Assembly (NCBI GenBank): GCA_964188305.1
Contig: OZ076893.1
DNA: 64,000 bases
Reading direction: 5' to 3' (one strand)
DNA from: Podarcis bocagei
Lineage: Eukaryota
Shown here: piece by piece, positions 1-11,894 of the stretch
Position numbering within the stretch: the first letter of the stretch is position 1
How the letters are laid out: each line of letters starts with the position of its first letter
The notes under the pieces: generated by a model
What the model was told of the DNA's origin: nothing
Database searches by the model: none
The model's input: only the letters and a program-made list of their open reading frames with translations
Program-made: the position numbers and the translations under genes

Positions 1-624
1 TGCACCCTGCATTAAGTTTACGTGAGTCACCACATGCTAAGTGGTTTTCTGAATCTGTGCTTAGTTCAGAGGGAGAGAATAGCCTAATGATCACACACAA
101 ACATTTCCATTTCAAAAGCACATGAATTACTGACTAGCTAGGAATTGCAATAGCCAATAACCTCTGTGCAACATCTCCTTTTTATTCAAACACATGTCAA
201 GAGCCCAGCACCATAATTTCATTACAGGCCACATGAGGTGTACATGCAGAAAATTCCAGTTCTCCATGTCTACATGCAGAAATGCCACCACTAGGATGTT
301 CACCCAAAAGGATCTTAAGTAGTAAGTTCTGGAGATCATCTTCCCCAAACCCTGAAGAGCAATGTAGACAGACCTGCACTAGATGGAAAAGCTCTGTGAC
401 TTAGCTTCACATGTTGATATGAATTAACAGCCGTTACTTCCCACGCATGGCTTTTAAAGGGCTGGGAAGTCAAAGCAGGAGTGAAAATGATAGGATAAAT
501 GCTCTTCCACAAGGGATTCACTGGTCTCTGTAAATGTATTGTATTTCATTAGGCACCATCCTGAAGTGTTCCACTGCTGTGGAATTAAAGAGTAACAACA
601 ACCACATGGTATTTTCTTACCTTG

Positions 625-775
625 GAAAAGAGAATAGATAAACTCATGGAGGGTAAGCCTGGATAACTAAATGGATATTCAAGCACAGTTGCTGGGGAAC
701 AAGTAGAGAGTTCCTGCTTCCACATCCTTCTTCAGGGTTCCTGGAAGTATTCTGCTGGACCCTGTGGGCAGAGTG
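625..775 (+). mobile_element. Degraded CR1 LINE 3' fragment
   Basis: agataaactcatggagg...gttgctggggaac resembles reptile CR1 3'UTR. Confidence 0.4.
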
Positions 776-932
776 CTTTTCTCACGTACTTCTGTACCTA
801 ATGTGTGTTTCCATCTCCACCATCTCTCCTTTGAGTTTTAAGAATCTTAATGTTTGATCATTCCCCAATGGGCACTCAAATTCCTTTCAGAATGCTTGCT
901 GGTCTACAAACATAACCTGTCCTTTGTTTCAG

Positions 933-1040
933 GATTATCATCACGCTGCCAGAATTGGCCATGTAAGTTCCCTGCCTCATCCAAGATCTCATGGCCGGTA
1001 TGTGGGTGAGAACCCAGTAGTCCACTTCTTCAGGAACATT
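933..1040 (+). CDS. MBP: MBP classic exon 3 (108 nt)
   Basis: tttcag|GAT...ATT|gtaagt; encodes ...[11 protein letters not shown]. Confidence 0.96.
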
Positions 1041-4000
1041 GTAAGTTTCCATTTCACCTTGGTAATTCTTTCACCAAACAAAATGCTTACTTTACTTTTT
1101 AAAACATACACACCAACTAGCTAGTGCCCCCAAGAAAATTTCTCTGCTAAAAGGGAGTGCAGACAAAATTATATCCAGTGTACCATGTAAGGGGATGGGC
1201 ACTGGAAGTCACTCTCCTGATCCACAGCTATGTATGCATTTCTATCAGCTCACAGATTTCCTACACCTGGAGCCTGTCAGTATTTTGCTGCCTGAGGCAC
1301 AGGACAAGGTGGTGGCCCCCCTCCCAATTCTACCAACAGAAGTCAGTCAGATTGGCAACTGAATCAACACTGGCAACAGGACTGTAGCATCGGGTGGCAG
1401 CAGGCTAGCTTGAAGGTCACAGGGCAAGCCATGGGACAGCTCTCCTCCTATGGCACTTTGCCACCACACCCAAGCATATGTCACTTGAGGTAACTGCCTC
1501 AGCCTGCCTAATGGTAGAGCCAGCCTTGAGTCTATAGACTCAAGGGAATGTGAGGCAGTAGCACCTTCTCCTGAACTGAAGATGAACAGCTGGTCCTTTT
1601 TGAAGGGGAGAGACCATTTATGAGAATTGGCTGTTCCTGCAGCAAATCACTGTGTTGGAGCAAGTCACATGCCCAAACAAACTAACTGTGTGCAGATGCA
1701 GCTTATTACCAGTCTGAGGGCTATTGAAAGGCAAAAGACAGTCTTCCAAGGCAGAAGAGGGTTTTCCTCAGTTCTGAAACTGGAATTTTTCCATTCTAAC
1801 ATGGAAATCTTTGGAAAAATCCAATACTGTAATCCGGACTTGCTCCCTTCTTTCAAATAGAAACGAAAATGGATAGAAATATTCTATGTCAGTGCCGATA
1901 CCAATGAGACAAATGTTACTGACATGAATATTTATAGAAATTACTTCAATCTTGAGTTGTGGCTCACTTCCTGTGGAGCCTTCAGAGCCATGGATCTGGG
2001 ACACAACTCTTGCATAAACCACTGAGCTGTAACAAATATATGGATTTTTACCAGAGACTAATAAGCACTGAGGAGCAGGAAGTCCCTTGCTTCTCAGGTG
2101 GTATTTAATATATGGTGGTTTTGTTAGGAAGAGGTTTTCCCCACCTTTTCCCTTCATGTCTAGAACATTTTCATCTTTTAGAAATTTGCAAATCCCTCAG
2201 ACTCACTCTTATAAGCCTAGCCCAGCAGCTGCATAAGCAGAGGGCTTATCTGAAAGTTTTCTTTTAATAATAAGCTAATTCCCACCCTGAGCCTCTGAAA
2301 ACCGGGGATAGAAATTCAAATCAGGGAAGAGGTTGTAGGAGCAAACCTACATTGCATATTTGATTTAGGCTTCACTGCTAATCCCACTTACCTGGGAGCA
2401 AGCCACACTGAATTCAATAGGACTTACTTCTGAGTAGGATGGCAGGATCTGTCAGTGTTGGTTCTCTCTCATTTTTCAAATCCTAAATTCAGTTCTCTGT
2501 GTTTCTGTAGCAATCTTCAAACTAAAATCATCATGAAACTTCACCAATATTTTAGTGCCAATTTCTCCTAATAAACACAGTTTTTGTGTGCAGTTTTGAC
2601 TAATGTACACATTTTTGCAAGAAATTTTCCCTAACTCAGTGCATTATAAATGCATTTGTATATACACTTTCCCATAATATATGCATCTTTGTAAATACTG
2701 GTTGGTTAGAGAACTACATTGCAAAGTTCTGGTAAGTGCAAACTTCATAGGATGGCTATGTTTGTCGTATTGTTTTGTAAAATGTGAATTTGATGGATTT
2801 GCCTTTAAATGCAAACTGTACAGCCTGTGCGCGCAATAGTTGAGCAGCACAACTAACAAGTGTACACAGAAACTTGTTCAATGTAACATGTGAACAAGCC
2901 TCTTCTTTTTAACAACCACATGTTGAGCATACAGGAAGCCCAACATGGGAGCGCCTCCTCACATGTAGGAACCCCATGCCATCTCAACACCAACACAACC
3001 AACTCTCTCTATCCCATTGAGCACATACACAGGCTAGCACACTGGTGACTATGTGCAGACAGCAATGCTCAACATGTGATTCCTTTTTTAAAAAAGAGAG
3101 AGAGACCTTGCTTCGGAGCAGAGCTGAAGATCATGCTACACACAAGTAACAAGTGCATAAAGTGTATTGAAGTGTCTCATGTGGCTTGTTACACTTCACA
3201 TTACTGAGAGACAGAAAAATGTAGGGCTGTTGCTTTCTGCAGTAGCTACACAGCTCCCAAAATATCCAGATCCTTCCTAAGAATCCAATAAATCGGTGCA
3301 AAGCTGAGGTCCACCAGGAATTCATTGGTTGGACTAGAGTGAGAATAACAGCAACTAGCTTTGCAATGTTGCTGGAATTAAGAATGAGGCTTGTAATTAA
3401 AGTGGCAGATCAAGAGTGTTGTCTAATGAAGGTCGTGCAACTGGTCCTCTTTTGCATTGCTCATTTACATTCTGAGGAATCTTAATAGGGTTTGTGGGTT
3501 TGAAGGACAAGAGTCAATTCTTATCGAACAGCACAGGAGTCTTTCTCAAATATCTTCACATAACGAGCAGCCAAGAAGCATTTTTAGCACAGCATCAGGC
3601 AGACAAGGTGCTAAGAGTAAACTCAACCCTTTTGCTAGCAAAAACAGCAAAACCTATGCACAAGAAGGCATCAGCAGGCTTGAGGAGTTGCACTATTTTT
3701 TAAAAAATAATAATTCAGGAATTTTAAAAAATGAGGCAGGAACAGCCCAATGAAGAGTGAGCATGCTCAGAGGTCACAGAATGCTTGCTGACTATTGGTG
3801 GTGGGGCGGGGGAAGGAGAGAATGGAAAGCCCAGGAGGAGGGGCCCTGAAGTGGCATATCTGGAAGCAGACCTGAAAACTCAACTGTATAGCATTTTGTT
3901 GCAGATCCTACTTTTCCTCTTACTTTTGTGTTGTTTTTCAGGTGTCTCCCAGGTCAACTCCTCCCCTGTATGGAAAGGTACGTGTGAAAATGTGACATTG

Positions 4001-6739
4001 ATTCACATTATGGGTCATCAGCTTGCGGCAAGCCAAAGACTAAGAGTCATGTCTCCTGACAGAGTATGACTTACTGTATTTTCCTGTGTATAAGACAATG
4101 CTTTTTGCTTTAAAAAATTGGCAAAAATTGGGTGTCGTCTTATACATGGATAGTGAATGCAGAGGGGAGACGGGCAATTAATAGCAGCAGCAAGCAGGAG
4201 ATTAGCAGTGGCTATTGGGCGGGTGATTGGTGGCTGCGGCATGTCTGCTGGCGATTGGCTGAGGCTGCGGCAATTGGGCAGATGACTGGCAGCTGCAGCA
4301 AGTGGGTGGGTGGGCTGTTGGTGGTGGCGAGCGGGCACACGATTGGCGGGTGCGATGAGGTGTGCAATCGGCAGTGGTGGGCAGGTGGGTGAGCGATTGG
4401 CGGAAGTGACCTCCCCCACCCCAAAAAGCTAAACAACTCAATTTGTGGTTAAAAAAAAATTAGGGGTCGTTTTATACATGGGGGCATCTTATATAGGGGA
4501 AAATACGGTATATAGAATGATTTATCCCAGAATGCTGCTATGTAATGTAAACAGCACATAATGCATGTATGTTGCTGTCTTAAAGGAGCCATGCATCTGA
4601 TTAGGAACACATTGATTTGCCTTCCACTGAGTCAGACCATTGGGCACCTGCATTGGCTGTGCTAACTGTCTTGCCTGCATTTCAGTCATGGTCTCTCCCA
4701 CACCCACCTGGAGATGCTGGGATGGGCTAGGGACTATCTGCATGCTGAGCAGATGCTTTATCTCTGAGCTCTGACCCTTCCCTGTGATGGTCCTTCCATG
4801 CTGGTTCAGTGGACCCTCAGTTCCCCGTTGGGGCTTACTCTGGCCTCAGACAACAAGCATGAAACAGCTTATAACACAGATATGGTTGTTTTTCTTCATT
4901 CAAGGCTGCAACAAGGATTGCAGGCCTCACTCTTCTCGAGGTCATCTTTCAGAGGCCACAGCTGTTCCAATGCCACCTCCTCTCAGGACAGTCTCTCCAT
5001 CAACACTCATACCCTTTAGTGGTTCTCCCATCTTCCTTTGTGACCCCAGGCTGGTGTTGTATCTCCAAAGCCACTTTCCTTTCTCCCAAGTATCTACCCT
5101 TCTCTTAAGGTTGACCTCACAGTACATCTAAGCACACCCCAATCTGAACTGCAAGAAGACCTTGGTGCTTCTTCCCAACCCTTTGCTTCCCCACTTGCCA
5201 TCGTAGCTTATTGCCCAGCCTTAGAAGGAATGCTGAGCACATTTGAACATGTGTGCCCCTTGCAAAAGGATCGCTGGAAATGTAGGACAAGGGATCTAAC
5301 TAGGTTACGTTACACATACTGGGGACTAAGGCAAATCCTCCAGATTGTTCCCAGCGCCTGATAAGGCAAGTTGAATGGGCAATTGTCAGTTATGCCTTAT
5401 TTTAAGGGACATTGCTAAATCTGAAATGATCCGAACATCCTAATCAATCCCTCTTATTCCAGCACATTATGCCAGATGACTGGTGCATCTAGAGCAGCAC
5501 TGTGAGATCTTGACTGGAAAGCTGATATCGAAGCAGCTCTCAGCCAAAGGCCTTTCCAAATGCTGGCACCAGAACTATCCAAGACTGAACCTGTAGGAGC
5601 ATGGATGAATAGCATGTACTTTACAATGGAGGGTCACTTGAGTCTAATATGTTCCACACAGCTACTTGGGTTTTAAACTCCTTTAAACACTCGATTGCAA
5701 ACTACAACCCAAGTATAGCTTGATCCTCATTCATTTTGATCCTTGTTAATAGACAAACCCTCCTTCACTGATTATACTTCTCTTGTATAGTGTCTTCAGT
5801 GTCTTTTTGCCCCATGGTGGTCACCATGTCACTGTTTCTGTTTCTTGTATGCGCAGGGGAGATCATCCTTTTCCAGATTTAGCTGGGTAGGTGATGAACA
5901 TGCTTTCTTGTGCAGCCATTTTGCTTCACCCCAAAAGTGCAAATAGCATCTGTTTTGTTTTTTTCTGTTTTGCCTTCCTAGCTCCTGCAGAATCTTCACA
6001 TTCATGTTTTTGACTGTGGCTCGTCTGCTTTGCTCCTCCTGGCTCCCAATCAGTTCCTTTATGCCCATGGTTTTGTTGCTTGCTTTTATCCAGAAGCCTT
6101 TCAAGCTTGCAATACAATTTAAATTATTTTTGCCTGAGCACAGAGCCAAACTGCACTGCATGGCAAACCTCTTCCCTTTAAGGCAATTTAAAGGTTCTAC
6201 TGATCTCTGTGTGTCTGTGGAGTGCCAGCGGGGAGGTAAAAAGAAAAGATAGCTTGAAATAATGAATTGGACACAACTCCATTTTTGTTTGGGATCATGA
6301 ATATAGTCAAGAACAGATGCAGGGTATACATTTTGCATCCCGTTATTTGATGGGAGTTACAATATCATTTACTGACACTTGTAGAATCAAAGAGTTGGAA
6401 GGGACCCAAGGGTCATCTAGCCCAACCCCCTGCAATGCAGGAATCTCAGCTAAAGCATCCATGACAGATGGCCATCCGACTTCTGTTTTAAAATCTCCTA
6501 GGAAGGAGGGTCCACTACCTATTGTGGGAGTCTGTTCCAGTTCCCCAGCAGTCATATTTTCAAAAAGAAAACGATGAGGAAGACATGATAACGTTCGTTC
6601 TTCATTGTAGGCAAAATTATATTCATTACCACTATGCAGAACACCACTAGAATAAATTAACTATTAGACTGAGGAGTGGGAAAGGTGCCATTTTCATTCC
6701 CATCCTGGAGAGGGTTAGCTGAACAGGAGAGGGAAGGGA

Positions 6740-6830
<91 letters not shown>

Positions 6831-9800
6831 TTATGTGTCATTAAATGCTTTGTATGTTAAGAGTGCGTAGTGTTTGTGTGTTAAGTTAAACCTCCAACAG
6901 TTTTCCAACAAAGGTTATGCTGTCAAATACCAAAGAGCTTATTCTACTAAAAAGTCTGTTGTCCTGAAAAGCTAATGTTCTTTAGCAGGAAGACCTCTTC
7001 ATATAGTTCTCTCCCCCACCCATCTGTTGTAAACTCATTTTGTTCCTTTAGACACCTGAGTTCAGAACAAAAGGTTTTACTTAGAATTAATTAGAAGCCA
7101 CAATTATCAAACACTACTAGAACTAGTTACATTTTTGCTTTAAAATTACAAAATTATGTTATGCCAGGTTGCTTAGAAATGTTTCCATCATCCACAGGAC
7201 ATTTTGCTAGGCCAAAAAAGGTCGTTACCAGCTGCTGTAAAGTTTTAGTGAAATATTTGAATGGCTGAAGCTCTTACTAGGAGGCGGCAGGAAAGGTCTG
7301 GCAACCTCAGGAAGTGGCCAAGCGTGTGGAGGCACTGTGCTAGTATTTTATCCTTTAAACTGGTTGCTGTGTACAAGACTAATTAGAACAGTTTACCATT
7401 TTCAAAAAAGACATGGCAGACTTGACTTGCACTGCAGTGTGTTTGCCGAGTTGTTTGCCTGACTTTGGATGTTGAATACCAATCCTGGCTGGGGAAAGCT
7501 TTTAAATTAAAGTACTGCTTTGCGGTTGCTGAGCAGAATGCTAGTTGAAAATTCCTCCTTGAACGACCAGTTTTCATCAGACATGTGTGCAATTACTTTA
7601 ACAAGCTCTCCTCATTTTTAACAATGCTTTTCCAAAAAAATGGACATCGGTAATGTGTAAGTACTTCCTTCACAATATACCTTCACCCTACCCCCACCCC
7701 ATTAATATTCAGAGGGGGCGACTTTTTAAAGGGGCTAAATGAATGAAAGACAAAACACATTTATTTTCATAGTACCTTCTTCCACATTTACTTGATGGCA
7801 GCTGTTATCACTTGACAGCCTGGCTGTGTTAAGCAGTTTACATCAGTTACCACATTATTAGTCATTAGGGATTATTATCACCTCAGGCAATTCCCAAACA
7901 ATGTGCGCCAAAGACTGCAGTAAGATTCATTTAAATGCTAGCCAACATGTAAAAGATATTGGATTTGCCTTTAGCTTCCCGTATATACATTTTACTCCCT
8001 TCTAAATATCTATTTCATTGCCAGCAATTGAGGTATTTTCTTTCATCACCGGTTATTTCGGGGAGAGCCCTATCCTACCTGTCTCTTATCCTTTCATGAG
8101 CTTAGCTAATGTAATAGCCTTCTGCTCCCAGTCTTCCTAAGCTATTGTAATATATGTCAATGACAAAACAAAGTACTGTATTTGCAATTTCCTTTTCTTT
8201 GCAGGGTGGTGAAACTCACAGGCCTGGATATGGAAGTGGAAGATTCTATGAGCATAAATATGCTCACAAGGGACACAAGGGATACCACTATGATGGCCAG
8301 GGCACACTGTCTAGACTCTTTAGACTGGTAAAGTAAAATATAATATATATACATATTTTTAAAAGAGTAGGTGCAAAATGTGAGACGAAGGGAAAAACTA
8401 GGAACAGCTGATTATTGCATTCATTGGATATATAGCTTTACCATAGATTTATCATAGCAACTGTCCTGGAAATCAGGAACACTGCTTGTGAAAAAGAAGA
8501 ATGGTAGGTTTGGAAAACCATCCAGTGTGGACTTCTGATAATAAATTCCAGCATTCTCTTTGCTGAGGCAAAGCTCTCAGCTGTAACTTATACACTTCAG
8601 TTATAACCCAGATGATGAGGCCTCTGAAGCCTAAAGCCAAGTGAGCAATAGAAACACTTGATTAAGCTTTATGTTTCACCTGAGGAGGCATACGGAAGGG
8701 TGCCACATTATATCTGCTTTTCTTCTGCAATAAATAGGGCATTGAGCATGTCTGCACCTAGGTTGTGCAACGCCTTGCTTGTAAATATTAAGTAACCACC
8801 ATCAGTACTTTGTTTCAAATGCTTCCATAAGAAGTCTCTCCTGTTACAGTTTACAGAGTAGTTTACCAATCAATACTTCTTCCCAGGGAATTCTCTGAGG
8901 GGGAAAGTGGTCTCCTGACAACTCTCAACACCCTTGATAAACTACAGTTCCCAGGATTCTTTGGGAGAAGCCATGACAGTTTAAAGCTATAGTGCAGATG
9001 GGGCCTAAATTAGCTGAAATCAATGGGCCTTAAATTACATTATGGCTAACTCGTTCCATTGGTTTCACTGGAAACCAATTCAGCCACGTTCCCCTAACTT
9101 ATAATAGATCCCACCCAATGGAACTGCTAGTCGTATAAATTTGATTGGCATCAAGAGTCATAAAGATGAAGCACTCTGGCTAAACTGGATAAACTTCAGA
9201 GTTATTCAGATGAAAGAGAAAGTATACGATTCAATATGTGCGAGGTTAACTGCTCTGTTATGCTAACAGTTTGCATCAAAATAGGCCCACAGAACTATTT
9301 GTGGAAGAGTGTTACCTCTAGTCTAGACTTTCCTAGTTGTGTACTGCTAGGCTTGGTACCTCCATAACTGGTACAACTGGAGAGAGTAGTAGTCCCTGAC
9401 ACTGTAGTCTGGTGTATCTTCATCCAGTTTATCTAGTATGATGCTTCAAGCTACACTGTTGCACTGCAAAGGCTTTTCAAGGTTCATTAGCACACAAGAC
9501 AGTTGGATTTTCACCTGAAACATTTTCCTTATCAAGACAGAACAGGCTGCTTACCTGTAAATGTAGTTCTCTGGCGGAGGCTCTGTGTGACAACAGAGAC
9601 CCTGTGGAGAATTTATATTGCATGATAATGAAGCAAATAGACAAAAAGAGGAAGGAAGAACATAATGTTTTATACTTCTGAATGTAAACAGAAATTATTC
9701 TAAGGTTACAAGAAATAAGGGGGAAATGTGTTTGTTGCAAGGTAAAGGTAAAGGTACCCCTGCCCGTACGGGCCAGTCGTGTCCGACTCTAGGGTTGTGC

Positions 9801-11894
9801 GCTCATCTCACTTAAGAGGCCGGGAGCCAGCGCTGTCCGGAGACACTTCCGGGTCACGTGGCCAGCATGACGAAGCTGCTCTGGTGAGCTGGCACCAGTG
9901 CAGCACACGGAAACACCGTTTACCTTCCCACCAGTAAGCGGTCCCTATTTATCTACTTGCACCCGGGGGTGCTTTCGAACTGCTAGGTTGGCAGGCGCTG
10001 GGACCGAACGACGGGAGCTCACCCTGCCGCGGGGATTCGAACCGTCGACCATACGATCGGCAAGTCCTAGGCACTGAGGTTTTACCCACAGCGCCACCCG
10101 CGTTTGTTGCAAAGAAAGTCATTTAATATGCATTGAGTTAAAGTGAACCAGCAGTTATAGTAAAAAGTTAATGGCTTTTCCCCCCAATTGACCAACACAT
10201 CTTGCTATTTTGTGTGTTGGTAGAACTGCCCATCCCTATTCCTATTTATTACCATCCACTGTCTTATGTCCTTTTCTCTGTTTCCAGAATTAGCTATTAT
10301 TGGTGAAATTTTCTTTTCATGCAGCTTCTGTGTTATTTGCAGATATATACAATATTTATAAATGCCAAGTTTTAATTTGTAAGCCATTGGACTTGACAAT
10401 AAAGTTTATAAGCCATTAGAGTTGACCATTAGATTAGACCTTCATTCTCTCCTAGTAGATGTTGTGATTTCACCTCATGTTTCCATAAGCAGGAATTGCC
10501 CCTCATTTTAACCATCTGCAAAAATGGAAGTTTGTTATCCAATATGTAATAATTTGCTATAAAATGGTCCTCATTATTTATATGTTATCCAATATTTCTT
10601 TAAAGTGTGGCTCCTTAAAACAGATCTAATTAAAGGCAGGTTTCTGTGGGAAGTAATGGATTTAAAATGTCTGCAATAAAACAGAAATAAGTGCTTAATA
10701 GGGCATAATTAATTGTCAATTAATTATAATTACAATGCTCCAACTATTTTGATTGATGAAACTAAGCAATGATGTGGCTCAGTAGCAGTTGCAATTACAA
10801 ACGATCAGGGAAATATTGCTGGCTTTATCATCAAAAAGTAATAATAGAACCACCATTAGAAAGCACTAAAAACCATCTAGCAAAATCCTACGAGGAATGA
10901 CAAACATGTGTTGGGAAAACGGTGAGAGGAGGTCTAACAGTAGACCTGGGGTACTCTGAAGAAAGCATCATTATTACTAGAGATTCTGAAGTCCAACAAC
11001 CTGGTGCCTGGAGAATCCTAAAGAGGTTCATGGAGGTTATAACTATCTCACTATAAATCCCTGGTCTTCTGCCTTGTGTTTGCTGATTTAGTAGAACCTT
11101 CAGAAAAATGAACGTGGGGTTCTTTGGATCTGCTAACCTTAAATATTCCAGATCAAAACAAAATGAATGGCATAGTCAAATTTGCTTTGCAGGCTTCCTT
11201 GGCCATGTAGTTGTGCAGCTCATTGGTGCTGCCCAAGTGCCTGGTATGGGTGGAGGAGCTTTTTCCCCCCCGGCACGAAAATGATGACAAGGACGGAGCC
11301 ATGTGGTTCTCTCTGGGGAGAGCATGCCATAAGCTGGAAGGGCAGAGCTCAATGAGACTGCCAGCCCAATGTAGCTTTGTTTAGTTTCAGTGGCCTTGGT
11401 TTCTCTGACCTATCCAGCAATACTGATAGCACCCAATTCTTTAGAAATAATTAATATTTAGTGACTAGAGCCCATTGATCGAGGAATTTGTTACAGAAGA
11501 TAGTATCAAGTTTTGTTACCTGAAATTTAATTAGAATGAACTCATCATACTTTGAAATTTGATTGTAAAAATAGAATTCCCCGAAGGCAAACTATATTTG
11601 AAATTGCAACACTTTCAAAGATCAAAGTAGTAAAGAAACCTTGAACAAAATCAAATAAGCATATGTACCCTCCATTTCAGCAGCTATGCGTGAGAGATTT
11701 CCCCGCGGTTGGTGGAACCAATCTGTACTAATTTGTACCAGAGTCTGGATGGAATTGCGTTTAGCACTCTTATACTGTAGATCTGAGCAGTAGATTCATT
11801 TTAATCCAATTCTTTGTTGTTGTTTTTCTTTCCAAAGGGAGGATCTGGTTCCCGACCTGGCTCCCGGTCTGGCTCTCCCATTGCTAGGCGCTGA
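933..11894 (+). CDS. MBP: Myelin basic protein, 5'-partial multi-exon CDS; join(933..1040,3942..3977,5857..5886,8205..8327,11838..11894)
   Basis: Five phase-0 exons with AG/GT boundaries translate to [117 protein letters not shown]. Hallmark MBP motifs: [27 protein letters not shown]. Confidence 0.97.
3942..3977 (+). CDS. MBP: MBP classic exon 4 (36 nt)
   Basis: ttttcag|GTG...AAG|gtacgt; [12 protein letters not shown], same 12-aa length as mammalian VTPRTPPPSQGK. Confidence 0.92.
4074..4508. mobile_element. Non-autonomous Tc1/mariner-type DNA element with TA target duplication
   Basis: TA|ctgtattttcctgtgtataagac ... catcttatataggggaaaatacgg|TA imperfect terminal inverted repeats. Confidence 0.75.
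5857..5886 (+). CDS. MBP: MBP classic exon 5 (30 nt)
   Basis: gcgcag|GGG...TGG|gtaggt; [10 protein letters not shown]. Confidence 0.93.
6381..6540 (-). mobile_element. CR1 LINE 3' end fragment
   Basis: tagaatcaaagagttggaagggacccaagggtcatctagcccaaccccctgc is the typical reverse complement of a CR1 3' terminus. Confidence 0.8.
6743..6828. repeat. Compound (GT)n(GA)n microsatellite
   Basis: Seen directly in sequence. Confidence 0.98.
8205..8327 (+). CDS. MBP: MBP classic exon 6 (123 nt)
   Basis: ctttgcag|GGT...CTG|gtaaag; [10 protein letters not shown]...[10 protein letters not shown]. Confidence 0.96.
8878..9005. mobile_element. Degraded squamate MITE-like repeat
   Basis: aactacagttcccaggattctttggg...tgcagatggggcc motif common in lizard genomes. 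Confidence 0.45.
9741..10101 (-). mobile_element. Full-length Sauria SINE with 11-bp TSD
   Basis: (ACCTTT)n tail seen as ggtaaaggtaaaggt; B-box ggattcgaacc; TSD gtttgttgcaa at 9730-9740 and 10102-10112. Confidence 0.92.
11838..11894 (+). CDS. MBP: MBP terminal coding exon 7 with TGA stop
   Basis: ttctttccaaag|GGA GGA TCT...AGG [24 protein letters not shown]. Confidence 0.96.
   Translation, partial: [18 protein letters not shown]

Noticed and set aside
1-932. Search for MBP classic exon 2 (mammalian VPWLK... exon)
   Set aside because: No matching sequence seen; it is either upstream of the window or absent.
4018-4441. Overlapping 74-133 aa ORFs
   Set aside because: They lie in the repetitive interior of a MITE.
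5829-6338. 169-aa ORF antisense to MBP
   Set aside because: No recognisable domain; consistent with a chance intronic ORF.
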